Shown: piece by piece, positions 12,426 through 25,036 of the stretch
How the letters are laid out: the number at the start of each line of letters is the position of its first letter
Numbering within the stretch: position 1 is the first letter of the stretch
DNA from: Macrostomum lignano
Lineage: Eukaryota
Direction: 5' to 3'
Assembly: GCA_002269645.1 (NCBI GenBank)
Contig: NIVC01000438.1
Location: 124,001-188,000, forward strand
DNA length: 64,000 bases
Notes under the pieces: generated by a model
The model's input: only the letters and a program-made list of their open reading frames with translations
Told to the model about the DNA's origin: nothing
Database searches by the model: none
Made by a program: the position numbers and the translations under genes

Positions 12426-13345
12426 GTCTGCCAATGCATGCTTTAGACAGATGTTACCTGCTGTAATATATTCCTGTGGCAATCCCAACCAGCAAGATCA
12501 ATGCTAGCTTGTCTCAAATTCTTCAAGGATTTTATCATAAATTTACCCTATTTTATTTACCGCTATCCTAAGTATTACTGTAACAAGTTTTTGTTTGAGT
12601 ATGTCATCAGATTTAGGAATGTATGCAAAAAAGTTCTTGGGATTGGATTTCAGCGGGAATTCAAAATCCGCGAGTTTCAAAAGCTTGTATAGCTAGTTAG
12701 TATATAAGATGCTTGTATTAATTTTTTTATGGCCAAACCAGCGTATAGATAGCAGTATTTTGCTGGCTGACAGGAGTTTTTAGAAGTCGTAGATGAATTT
12801 ACAAAGGAAAACTGTCTAATGTAAATATAGACCACATTTTGTCTTCCATCATACAATTATCCTCTTAAAAATTAAAGGGGTAAGGCTTGAATAAAATTAA
12901 CTTTCATAACTCAGCATAGGCGCGCTGATCACTAATTTATCCATCCGTATCCCTACACGTAACACTACATGTCACGTAATATTATGAGCTTTGGAATACC
13001 AAGTTGTGGTTTTCGCCACTTTTTATAACAATAGGATTTTTATTCCCCTAACGACCTGCGCAATTTTTTTAGAAGCCAGAAAAATATACATAAAACCACA
13101 ACATTCTCTTACATGTGCAAGCAATCACAGATTTTAACTGAAGTGAAACGTTATCACTCGAATAGATCGATATTAATTCTTAGAAAGTGAGCTGCACAGG
13201 TCGGTGAGCTGGAGGAACGCACATGCATGTACAGTATGTACGCGGTGTATGCGTCACATTGCTAGAACATTTACACGTGATACGCTCTCAAGAAATCGCA
13301 TTCTTCTAGAGCGAATTGGTTCTCCACCTGCTCGACTGTCACGCC

Positions 13346-14013
13346 AAAATGAGTGCCACCAGCATCCAAAAAGAGTCCCTGCGGGGCTGAAACGAGTGCC
13401 TGCGGCGCTAAAATGAGTGCCTGCGGCGCTAAAATGAGTGCCTGCGGCGCTAAAATGAGTGCCTGCGGCGCTAAAATGAGTGCCTGCAGCGCTAAAATGA
13501 GTGCCTGCGGCGCTAAAATGAGTGCCTGCGGCGCTAAAATGAGTGCCTGCGGTGCTAAAATGAGTGCCTGCAGCGCTAAAATGAGTGCCTGCGGCGCTAA
13601 AATGAGTGCCTGAGGCGCTAAAAGGAGTGCCTGCAGCGCTAAAATGAGTGCCTGTAGCGCTAAAATGAGTGCCTGCAGCGCTAAAATGAGTGCCTGCGGC
13701 GCTAAAATGAGTGCCTGAGGCGCTAAAAGGAGTGCCTGCAGCGCTAAAATGAGTGCCTGCGGCGCTAAAATGAGTGCCTGCGGCGCTAAAATGAGTGCCT
13801 GCGGTGCTAAAATGAGTGCCTGCGGTGCTAAAATGAGTGCCTGCAGCGCTAAAATGAGTGCCTGAGGCGCTAAAATGAGTGCCTGCGGCGCTAAAATGAG
13901 TGCCTGCGGCGCTAAAATGAGTGCCTGCAGCGCTAAAATGAGTGCCTGAGGCGCTAAAAGGAGTGCCTGCAGTGCTAAAATGAGTGCCTGCAGGGGTGCC
14001 AAAATGAGTGCCT
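13346..14013. repeat. 21-bp minisatellite (AAAATGAGTGCCTGCGGCGCT)n, about 30 copies
   Basis: Directly visible. Confidence 0.97.
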
Positions 14014-14289
14014 CGCAGCAGTATATTATGTGCTTGGTTGGAAGAAATACATATGTAAGCGTAGATGAAAAACAGACAAATTACAATTATATATACTGGC
14101 ATTCTATTCGATACTCTACTGACAGTAGAAATATAGGGAAAATACACTAAGAAACTAGTCTATAAAATATGTATAATATGTCTTGTTCCAATATACGCAT
14201 ACAGTGTATGTACTAGTTAAATTTCGGTCGAAACTCCAACCACAGTTTTCCCACGCAATAAAATTTCACCCAACTGAATCCCCCGTATA

Positions 14290-15200
14290 AAGAATCCCTC
14301 ATCCAAAGAATCCCCCACCCAAAGAATCCCCCATCCAAAGAATCCCTCATCCAAAGAATCCCTCATCCAAAGAATCCCTCATCCAAAGAATCCCTCATCC
14401 AAAGAATCCCCCATCCAAAGAATCCCTCATCCAAAGAATCCCTCATCCAAAGAATCCCCCATCCAAAGAATCCCTCATCCAAAGAATCCCTCATCCAAAG
14501 AATCCCTCATCCAAAGAATCCCTCATCCAAAGAATCCCTCATCCAAAGAATCCCTCATCCAAAGAATCCCTCATCCAAAGAATCCCCCACCCAAAGAATC
14601 CCCCATCCAAAGAATCCCCATCCAAAGAATCCATCATCCACAGAATCCCCATCCAAAAAATCCATCATCCACAGAATCCCCATCCAAAGAATCCCCATCC
14701 AAAGAATCCCACATCCACAGAATCCCCATCCAAAGAATCTCTCATCCACAGATTATCTTATCCAAAGAATCCCCATCCAAAGAATCCCTCATCTAAATAA
14801 TCCCTCAACCACATATTATCCTATCCAAAGAATCCCCATCCAAAGAATCCCACATCCACAGAATCCCCATCCAAAGAATCCCTCATCTAAATAATCCCTC
14901 AACCACATATTATCCTATCCAAAGAATCCCCATCCAAAGAATCCCACATCCACAGAATCCCCATCCAAAGAATCTCTCATCCACAGATTATCCTATCCAA
15001 AAAATCCCCATCCAAAGAATCCAGTCTAAAGAATCCCTCAACCACATATTATCCTATCCAAAGAATCCCCATCCAAAGAATCCCTCATCCACAGAATCCC
15101 CTGTCCAAAGAATCCCCCATCCATCCCTATCCAAAGAATCTCCCCATTCATCCCTATCCAAATAATCCCCATCCAAAGAAGCCAAAGAATTCCCCTCCAA
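14290..15200. repeat. ~16-bp minisatellite (ATCCAAAGAATCCCTC)n, degenerating rightwards
   Basis: Directly visible. Confidence 0.95.
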
Positions 15201-15258
15201 AGAATCTATGTATGTGTGTTCAACAACAATATAAAGGGTTGCATGTACGGTATTAGGT

Positions 15259-17252
15259 CTAGGATCCCACCGTCGCATCATTTATAACATGTACGGGACT
15301 ACCTCCATCGTGACGTTTCCTTTGCCTACGAAAGGCGAAGGAGTAGAGCAGTAGAGCAGTAGAGCAGTAGAGCAGCTCAAGCAGCTCGCACAGGGTCAGC
15401 AGGCTGCTGCCAATATAGCGCCCAAACAGTCCGCCCATGTCGGCCAAAAACGCGGTCACCGAGTACGAGTGCGCGATTAGCACCTGGGCTGATTTCGGGT
15501 TGTCCACTCGAATGCGAACTTCTAGCATCGACTCGGAGACGAAGTGTCGGAATAGAGCCTCGGAATGAGCCGAGTGATTTCCTGCGTGCAAAGAGTTGAG
15601 AGGGAAATATTTTCATCTTATAGTAGCTATATTTGTCTGGAAAAAGCATTTCGTGACTCGTTGATTCCACTTACTTGTGTGCCTGCTCAGGGAAGTCGGC
15701 GCAATGTCGCCGGTTGTGTGACAATGTCGCTTAAAGTGCGCCAGGATGCACACAGCCTCCTGCCTCTGATGAAAAAGAGATGGCTCCTTTAGGGCACAGA
15801 CGCCGCTGAAGATAATCAACGCTGCTGAAGATATTGTAATAAATACCACTTAAGAAGATACGTTAGATATATACAGCATCTATAGAGCATTTCTTCATCA
15901 ACAGTGCGGCTAGTCACTATTAGTCAAGAATGCCAATCACTTTTCTTACCTTCTTCGTCCAGTTTTCTAGCAAAGCGGCCCAGCTTAGCCAATTCTGGCT
16001 GCTTCTCTGGCGTAAACTCGCGAAACTCCCGGAATTTCGGCCACTTGTAGAATGAAAAGCCCTGCCTGTAATAACGCGAATACCCTTACGGTTGATTCCG
16101 ACGGCAGTACTCGGTCGGATCCGTGACCAACTGTTCATCCAGAGCCATTTGCTCAGCTGAGCGGTTCAAGACCAGCATTTCGGTCAGATTGTCCCATCTG
16201 GGCGCGTGGCACAGGGCCCACGGCCTAGGATAGTAGTGCCGAAGGGCGCCAGTCTCTTTGTAGCATCTCTTGTCCCACTCAATGTACAGACAGGCGGTGT
16301 AGCTGTGATTGTACTTAACCAGCTTGCCAGTCAGATGGTCAGTAAAGAGTGCACTTGCGTGATTCGGTGAGCAGTGACTGCTGTACAACTCTTCACCGTA
16401 CAACAGCTCCTCCATGCCAACAGAGATTGTGTAGGACCTGCCCGGTGCCAAGTTTAACTTCGTATCGTAATCAATGAACGGATAGGCGCCCCTAGGAATG
16501 ATTAGCATCTGACAGCCGGATCGAAACATGTTCTCGCGTACGCCAGTCAGCGGCTGCCAGTCTCGAAACGGCACACTCTCGTTGTTCACCGGATTAACAA
16601 TCGGACGGATTTTATCACCGGTGTAATCAAACTCAAAGAAGTGCGGATCGATGAACATGTAGCGAACTCTTGCCTGACGCTATCGGGTAGAACTACTTCG
16701 AAGCAAAGCCAGCTGTTTGAAGAGAAGAACAGCCTAGTGCCAACTTTGATAGTCCTGGCGCCATCCTTGATGCTGCTGGCGAACACCATCTGCTCAGCTC
16801 GTTGCAGCAGAAAATCTCAGATAAGATGCACCGGCAAAGAATCGATGATGACGCGAACTCTCTCCGATGTTTGATTGTAGCTCTCGGGCCAGCTTGATTT
16901 ACCGCTGAATGAAATCATGCTGTCGTACAGTCTTCCCAGCCGCTCGACTTCCCTGTTGATTTGGTCGGCTTGCTGTTTGTTCAGTGTGTAGGGATAACTA
17001 CCAGACAATGGGTGACTCGGATAGAAGTAGGTCAGGGAACTCGAACGGCACCTTCACGGGTTAGTGAGTCTTGATGACGCGTACATTCAGTATTTTTCTC
17101 ACCAGAGTCACGGCTCCGCCGCAGTAGAAGCCAAGAAACGTCAGAAGCAGCAGGGACCACATGACCCGCATTGGGACACTCTTGGACGCTGCCGCTTTGC
17201 TAATTCCGTGCGCTGAACTCGAGGCCAACGCCTCCAGCATAGGATTAGCCAT
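15259..17252 (-). pseudogene. DEG/ENaC-family channel pseudogene, tandem paralog of 18780-22826; exons 17252-15950 and 15581-15259
   Basis: It has the HG motif (SSAHGIS), TM1, and TM2 DMGGLFGRYIGSSLLTLCELLE. It is colinear with the neighbouring copy and shares the phase-1 intron. There are in-frame stops at 17061, about 16817 and 16086, and frameshifts near 17025 and 16660. Confidence 0.85.
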
Positions 17253-17847
17253 ACTGAATCGCGAATTCGGTTACCGGGGCTCTATTTACGTAGCTAAAAA
17301 TAAATTCGCGCAGATTAAAGTATATTTATATGCGATTATTTTTGCTCTTCTTTGCACGGATTGGCTGACCAATTCAAATCGATGTACATGTAGGAGCGTA
17401 TGATGCAGCATCCGAAGCCTAATTCGATACTCAACAACCCGTTGTCTGCTGTCTGTAAGTCGTACAGGCACTGCTATAAACAGATGATGCAGTGTGACTA
17501 ATCCTATTCAGAGTCCATTAATCCATAGAAAAATTCATGATTGCATGTACTTCTACAGATATATTTTACAGTATTTGCAAGGGAATTTACCATGCAGCCT
17601 TATCCCCATCGTTTCTGCCATTAGTGCCTCAAAATTTGCTCATAAATTCCCATCTAGCCGTGCAGTCATTTATGAGGAAAATGGATTTACGAGCGTATTT
17701 TTCAAATCCTACCCAGCCTGGAAAGAGTCCGCGGCCACCCCACCCCAAATGACCCACAAACATTTTGTTCGCCTAAAAACGAAATAAAAGAGGTGACCAA
17801 ACTCGGCAAAATTGGCAGAAACTCGGCTTTAGCCAGCTACCGGCACA

Positions 17848-18165
17848 GAAGGCAGGGGCGCTCACCAAGAGAGACAGGGGCGCCAACCAAGAGACAGGGG
17901 CGCTCACCAAGAGACAGGGGCGCCCACCAAGAGACAGAGGCGCTCACCAAGAGACAGGGGCGCCTACCAAGAGACAGGGGCGCCCACCAAGAGACAGAGG
18001 CGCTCACCAAGAGACAGGGGCACCCACCAAGAGACAGGGGTGCTCACCAAGAGACAGGGGCGCTTACCAAGAGACAGGAGTGCCAAACAAGAGAAACAGG
18101 GCTAGGTGCGCCAACCAAGAGACAGGGGCGCCAAACAAGAGAGACAGGGGCGCCAAACAAGAGAG
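17848..18165. repeat. 20-bp minisatellite (CCAAGAGACAGGGGCGCTCA)n between the two channel genes
   Basis: Directly visible. Confidence 0.95.
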
Positions 18166-18779
18166 CTTTTTGTTTGTTGTTTCGCCTCATCGCTGGATTG
18201 CTGACTCTCTGAAGTTGCGGACTGGTATTTTTCTTTTGACATTGAATTACTCAGTTATAGGAGTTCCAAAAGCGACACGAAACTTCTGGCTATGTAAGGC
18301 AAACTTTCGAACATAGCCCGTACGTATTCTTTATCATACAAGACTTGAGGGTTTTTAGATTTTAGGCCATATGAACATGCACATATTCCGTGCTTCTTAG
18401 AGGTCAAGCTGTCTCCCTTTTTGTCTGTACTTTTATCTCCCACCGTAGCTACTGGCGCCGAATCTTCTGAGTCGGAAGACTTCAAACTTGGGAAACAATA
18501 TTATTCGAGTAGATGAGATAGCAAGAAATTGAGTCATGTACAGACTGAATCGAGTGGCACCGAACTTCGTACAGCCATGCTTATCTACTACACAAACTTT
18601 GCATATGAGATAGAAATAATTAGACTCGCATATATTAATTATTAATTATTAGGAGCTGCTTCGGGCCTGGGGCACCAATTAAAAATCATAAACAGTTTGA
18701 AATTCACATTTTATTATATACATGTACATGTGCATGGATCAAGAAACACGTAAGCTTATAGAAATGGGAAAACTTGTCG

Positions 18780-21700
18780 TTAAACCACTGCCTCAATCGG
18801 GCTGTGTCCAGTTGCAGAGAAAACTTCGGTTTCAGCTGTTCTCAACGGAGTCATCTCAGCCTCATCACCAACAGGCTTGTCCAAGCCGTCAGCTTCATCG
18901 TTTCGAGCATCATCGTTTTCATCATCATTGTTTTCTTCATCACCCTGAGCGCTGCTCGGTCGTCCCGGGCACTTTGTCTTGACAAATGTCGTTGCCTTCG
19001 CGTAGAACATCTCAACGAATTCGCAGAGCGTCAGTACACTGCAGCCCAGGTACAGGCCCATCAAGCCGCCAATGTCGGACAAGTACGACGTGCCTGAATA
19101 TGAGGCAGTCATGAGGACTCGAGCTGCTTGCGGGTTGTCGGCTCGGATGCTGACTTCAAGCATCGAATCGGCGATGAAGTGGCGCAGCGCCGCTTCCGAA
19201 TGCGTTGAGTGCTGGCCTGCAAATTTTAATGGAGAATTTGCGTATGTTTCTGTCACTGTCAAAGCTCATGACACAGTAATTTCGTAAAGTTTTTGTACAA
19301 GTAAAGCCTACATGCACATTCTGGTTCAAATTACCGAAAACTCGACATTGAAGTACAATAATATTTAACAAGAATTTATACGCCACCATTATATGTGATC
19401 GCCTACTAACGAGTAGTGAGAAAAGAATTTAACACAATTCCTATTACAGTGTATATCAATTCACCGATAGTTCAATTTGACTTCAAGTCTGTCTGCACAG
19501 ACGATTCCTAATGACTCAGAACCCCTTCCTGACCTGATGTAGACTAATAGATTGTCAAAATGTCTGAAACGCTATTCAGCAATTTTTTCTTTGATTGCTA
19601 GACATTTCTTAACTAGAATTTTAGGGGCATGAGAAAGTCACAGGATATGAAAAACCCTGTGGGACTGCCTCGTTTAGCAATCCGATGTCAGGGATTTCAG
19701 CTGAAGTTTCTGTCATCTATCGACATTGTCCGAAATTTCCGATGTTTATCGACATCGACCGACGTTTCCGATGCCTATCAACATCGGATGAATTTTCCGA
19801 CATCTATTGACACCGACAGAAGTTTCTGACATCTATCGAAATCGACTGAAGTTTTTGACATCTATCGACATCACCAGGAAAATAGGTAATGTTACATACT
19901 TTTCAACGGCTTCCAACGACGTCGGGTATGTCGAGTAAGTCGGCGGACATTGGAATGTTGCCGGACGAGTAATAATAATTAATAATAACTGAAAACACCT
20001 GCCCAATTGGGCCTGATGTGCCACCGACAGCTCAGCCCCAGCTATTGCGCGGCGCATCTGAAGGCTGCGTACGGCTGTTTAGTCCAAGGACTGGGGGGTC
20101 GCCACACACCCCCTCAATTACCTCAGCTAATGCTGTACATATTCAACAGCTGCATGAGCTGAAGCAATGCAGAGTTAAGTGTCTTGCTCAAGGACACAAA
20201 TTGTTCCGAGTGGGTCGAGAATCGAACCACCGACCTGACAGACGGGCGAATACAAGCATTGATGTGTCTGTGTGCTTTTGTGTACTTTGTTTGTTCACTG
20301 TAATACAACTACATACATAATACTAATTAGGCACTAAGCGTCACATACACATGTTTTGAAAAACTTACCTGCGTCCAACTGCTTGGCAATGGTGGCTAGC
20401 TGGTAAATTGCGGGTTGCTCATACGGGTCCGTCTGTTGAAAAGCGGCCGAATAAGATCCGCCAATTGAGGGCCAATTATGAAACGAAAACGACGAAACGT
20501 ACTTTTGTTGCACGCAAGCCTGTTGGCTATTGCAAAATTTCACTGGATTAGCCGATTCATCGGCTTTGGTTAAGTCCATCCCATATTCAATGGTGCTCCG
20601 GTTAATCTTGCTGTTCTCTGACAGGTTACCCCATCTTGGACTACCTCGAAGATCCCAGCTAACGGGGAAACCTTGTTGAATGTAACCGCCGATCTTGTGC
20701 AGTTCTCGAGCAAACTCTGTGTAATAGCACGCATCGTAGCTATAGTTGTATTCAACTTTCTTGCCAGTAAAGTGGTCAGCAAAGTAGGCAGTTTTCTGCT
20801 GCGGCGAGCAATGCGTGTCCCACAACTCGGGGCTGAACTTGTGCTCCTCCATGTGAATGTCGATGTCGTAGGATTTACCCGGCGCCAGTAGAAACTTGCT
20901 CTCGTGCTCCAGCGATGGATAGAATCCGGCAGGTACTACCAGCATTGTGTATCCAGATGCCATCGTCTTAATTATACCAGATGGGTACCACATTCTAAAT
21001 GGTATCGTCTCGTTGGTCTTCGGATTGAAGATCGGATTGATTAGCTCCCCGGCATATTTGAAGTCGCGAAATGGCGGATCCGTGAATAGAGCCAGTCGAA
21101 GTGTCTCCTGATTTTGTCTGCGAATTAGCACCCTTTTGTCTTCGTCACTCAGAGCGACTTTGAAGCAGATTCTGCCCTTTGGAAGGAACACTGTTTCATA
21201 GTTGATCTTGCCGTGGTATGAAATCATTGGTGGGTAAAACAAAGACTGCTTTGGCCGATGAAAGATGTAGTCGTGCAATATATGAACTGACAGGGATTGC
21301 TGAATTGACCAAACCTTTGTTTTAGACGACTCATCGAGACCGCTTGTTGCCAACTGTTCATCATAAAGCTTGCTCAGCTTGGCCACTTCTCGGTTTACCA
21401 CGTCGGCCTGACTTTGATTTAGTGTAAACGGAAAACTACCGGAATAAGCGTTCTTTGGACAGAAGTAAAGATCGGGGAACACGAAGGGCACCTTGTCCAT
21501 TTGGTACGTTCTCACTACTTGTACAGTTCGAACCTTAGTTGTCAAATTGGTTACGCCTTGGATGAACATTCCGACAGAAACTAAAACCATAAGAATCCAG
21601 TACACTTTCATCGGGATGCTCTTTGCTTCTGCAGCTCTTCGTATTCCTTGAAATGCGCTGCATGCCACAGTGTTAAGCACAGGATTTGCAGCTGGACCTG

Positions 21701-22826
21701 CCTGACCACCGCCTGCTGCTGGAGGTTTCGCGCCGTCACCACCTCCTGCCAAACCACCCAGTTGTCCGAATGGTGAACCACCCCCTTGTCCACCGCCTTG
21801 TCCACCGCCTTGTCCTCCGCCAAGCTGTCCAAGCAGTGACCCACCAAGTTGACTAGCCAGCGATCCTCCTTGTCCTCCGCCTTGTCCTCCGCTGAGCTGT
21901 CCAAGCAGTGACCCACCAAGTTGACCAGCCAGCGATCCTCCTTGTCCTCCGCCTTGTCCTCCGCCAAGTTGTCCAAGAAGTGACCCGCCAATTTTTCCAG
22001 CCAGCGATCCTGCGTGTCCACTGCCTTGTCCTCCTTGTCCTCCGCCTTGTCTTCCGCCAAGCTGTCCAAGAAGTGACCCGCCAAGTTGACCAGCCAGCGA
22101 TCCTCCTTGTCCTCCGCCTTGTCCTCCGCTGAACTGTTCAAGAAGTGACCCGCCAATTTTTCCAGCCAGCGATCCTTCGTGTCCACTGCCTTGTCGGCCT
22201 TGTCCTCCGCCAAGCTGTCCAAGCAGTGACCCACCAAGTTGACCAGCCAGCGATCCTCCTTGTCCTCCGCCTTGTCTTCCGCCTTGTCCTCCGCTGTGCT
22301 GTCCAAGCAGTGACCCACCAAGTTGACCAGTGATAGCACTTCCGGTGCTGTCTCCTTGCTCTCCAACTTGCTTTATTAACGACCCAGAAAGCTTTGAGCC
22401 GGCTTTCTTTTTCTTGCCCAATTTTTTACCTAATGAACCTCCAAGCTGAGCAGCCAACGAACTGCCTTGTGGTCTTTGTTGAACATCGAGATGACCAAGC
22501 GGCAAGCTTCCACACTGATCTACCAGCGAACCAACTTGTTGTACTTCCTGATTATGTGCCTCACCGATGGGGGAGCTTTGTAGCTGGCCCAACAACGACC
22601 CAACCTGATCTCCACTGCTCTCAAGCTGACCCACTGGACTTGCAGGATTTGGAACCTCGGTTTGATAGCTTCTCGTTCCTCCTGGTTGTTCAGCGCTTGA
22701 CTGCTCATTCACCATCTGTGCCAGCTGGCCAGTGAGAAATTTTCTGACACCCGACGAGATACGCTTTCCGCGACTCCGCTTCGCTGACGCAGGCGATGTG
22801 GAGCCCGCCTGTTGCTTGCGCTCCAT
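18780..22826 (-). CDS. Atypical DEG/ENaC (amiloride-sensitive sodium channel family) subunit, ~964 aa, with a long Gly/Gln-rich N-terminal extension; exons 22826-20369 and 19216-18780
   Basis: The donor GCAG|GTAAGT and acceptor TTTGCAG|GC give 2895 nt in frame. TM1 is VYWILMVLVSVGMFIQGV. Ectodomain motifs are ICFKV, LAPGKSYDI and YSYDAC. TM2 is LSDIGGLMGLYLGCSVLTLCEFVE with a GxS filter. An acidic C-terminal tail follows. Confidence 0.88.
21760..22330 (-). repeat. Coding repeat encoding (GGSLAGQLGGSLLGQLGGGQGGGQ)n
   Basis: Visible in the ORF. Copies differ at synonymous third positions (GGT/GGC, CTG/CTT, CAG/CAA) in this frame. Confidence 0.9.
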
Positions 22827-23464
22827 GTTGAAGTCTTGTAGACTAAAAGAAATTTAGGAACTTTCTGGCGCTAGGAACTACAAATCAGATCGGTTAGATT
22901 GGGATCTCTTCGAGTGGATCTTGAGTTTGGCATATGAGAGCAACAATTTAAATGCTTAATGCTACCATAATCTGCCACTGTCCTGGACACATACTAATGC
23001 ACTAGCACACTAAAGCTTTCGTTCACTTAAGCCATGATCGGCGCTGGGACAGTCCGGCATGCTGCGCGATTGTCTCTGCCAGCAGTTGTTAGAAGCCAAT
23101 AGAAAAGTCGGCGCAGCAATGAGCCGCTTAAACCCATTGTAGCTACTCTGCTGACAGTGAAGACTATGTAGTTTGAAGAATTCTAAATGGAGCTCAACAG
23201 TGGTTGGGGAGGAAGCTAAGTGAGTAAGGGTGCTCTCCAAGCAGCTGTTGCATGGCTCGATTATAGCCTAGCTATGCGGTAAGTGATCAGAACCTGCTCT
23301 TCTGTAATGAGCTATTTTAAAGACAGGAAAAACTGCATTTCTACGAACCAATTTGTCAGTCTTTGAGCGGTTTGCCTCTGTTTGATTTTGTCATTGTGAA
23401 TTTGGAAGGTAGCCTTTAAATCTAATGGTTATGGAATCGCTCCCAGGGTAGGGAACCCTTGAGA

Positions 23465-24470
23465 GATAGGGAATGGATCTAAAAGGTGGGGAATGGATCT
23501 GAAAGGTGGGGAATGGATCTGAAAGGTGGGGAATGGATCTGAAAGGTGGGGAATGGATCTGAAAGGTGGGGAATGGATCTGAAAGGTGGGGAATGGATCT
23601 GAAAGGTAGGGAATGGATCTGAAAGGTGGGGAATGGATCTGAAAGGTGGGGAATGGATCTGAAAGGTGGGGTATGGATCTGAAAGGTGGGGAATGGATCC
23701 GAGAGGGAGGAATGGATCTGAGAAGTAGGGAATGGATCTGAAAGGTGGGGAATGGATCTGAAAGGTGGGGTATGGATCTGAAAGGTGGGGAATGGATCTG
23801 AAAGGTGGGGAATGGATCTGAAAGGTGGGGAATGGATCTGAAAGGTGGGGAATGGATCTGAAAGGTGGGGAATGGATCTGAAAGGTGGGGTATGGATCTG
23901 AAAGGTGGGGAATGGATCTGAAAGGTGGGGAATGGATCTGAAAGGTGGGGAATGGATCTGAAAGGTGGGGAATGGATCTGAAAGGTGGGGAATGGATCTG
24001 AAAGGTGGGGTATGGATCTGAAAGGTGGGGAATGGATCCGAGAGGGAGGAATGGATCTGAGAAGTAGGGAATGGATCTGAAAGGTGGGGAATGGATCTGA
24101 AAGGTGGGGTATGGATCTGAAAGGTGGGGAATGGATCTGAAAGGTGGGGAATGGATCTGAAAGGTGGGGAACGGATCCGAGGGGTGGGGAACGGATCCGA
24201 GGGGTGGGGAACGGATCCGAGGGGTGGGGAATGGATCCGAGGGGTGGGGAATGGATCCGAGAGGTGAAGAATGGATCCGAGGGGTGGGGAATGGATCCGA
24301 GGGGTGGGGAATGGATCCGAGGGGTGGGGAATGGATCCGAGGGGTGGGGAACGGATCCGAGGGATGGGGAACGGATCCGAGGGGTGGGGAATGGATCAGA
24401 GAGGTGGGATGTGATGGATCCGAGGGGTGGGGAATGGATCAGAGAGGTGGGATGTGATGGATCAAAGAGG
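23465..24470. repeat. 20-bp G-rich minisatellite (GAAAGGTGGGGAATGGATCT)n grading into (GAGGGGTGGGGAACGGATCC)n
   Basis: Directly visible, about 50 copies, between the two divergent gene starts. Confidence 0.97.
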
Positions 24471-25036
24471 TGAGAAATGAATTTCAAATTTGATGGTTAC
24501 ATTGCCGTTAATTTGAAGGTATAGTTATTTTTTAAAATAGCATAGCTTCTGGATCCTAAAATCCAAAAACTGACTGCCTAACCTTAGCCAAAAGATTCAA
24601 ACAGTTTGCAGTCAAACAACGGCAGTCCGTGCGGTCGGGCTTTCATTTTGATTACAAAATTCGACGTACATTTTAGCATCCAGCTATCCGGCTATGGACT
24701 ATGTTTAACATGAGCAAACCTAATGCAGTTTAATCGTCCAAGAGTGATAAAAGGCTATCATTTGTTTTAATCTACGCTTGTTGGAGCGAAATGTACAAGT
24801 AGGTTGCCTAAACTTGACTAAATGTACCTCTATAGCGAAGCTGTTATCAACCCTCTGCTGACTACATCGAACACAGCAAGAGCTTCAACACCCATCAATA
24901 TAAATTGCTTGTTCAGTCAACACAGCGATGTCTAATGATTAAAATCAAATACTTTGCTGCAAAGTGGTTACACTTCGTTTTTTGATTTTACGGAATGCGT
25001 TAAATTCAAAAGCCCGAAATTATAAGACTTTTTAAA

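Noticed and set aside
13254-14147. Long ORFs over minisatellites (also 23429-24487, 30992-31892, 42253-43757, 44527-45371, 48409-49953, 52492-52881, 55545-56618, 59394-60263, 61635-62564)
   Set aside because: They are open only because the repeat unit lacks stops in some frames. Most lie in introns or between genes and translate to monotonous repeats.
18255-18485. 76-aa minus-strand ORF between the channel genes
   Set aside because: No motif, no splice context and no supporting evidence.
21608-22366. Second open frame (AEDK repeats) overlapping the channel N-terminal repeat
   Set aside because: It is a shadow of the coding repeat. Substitutions are synonymous in the Gly frame, not in this one.
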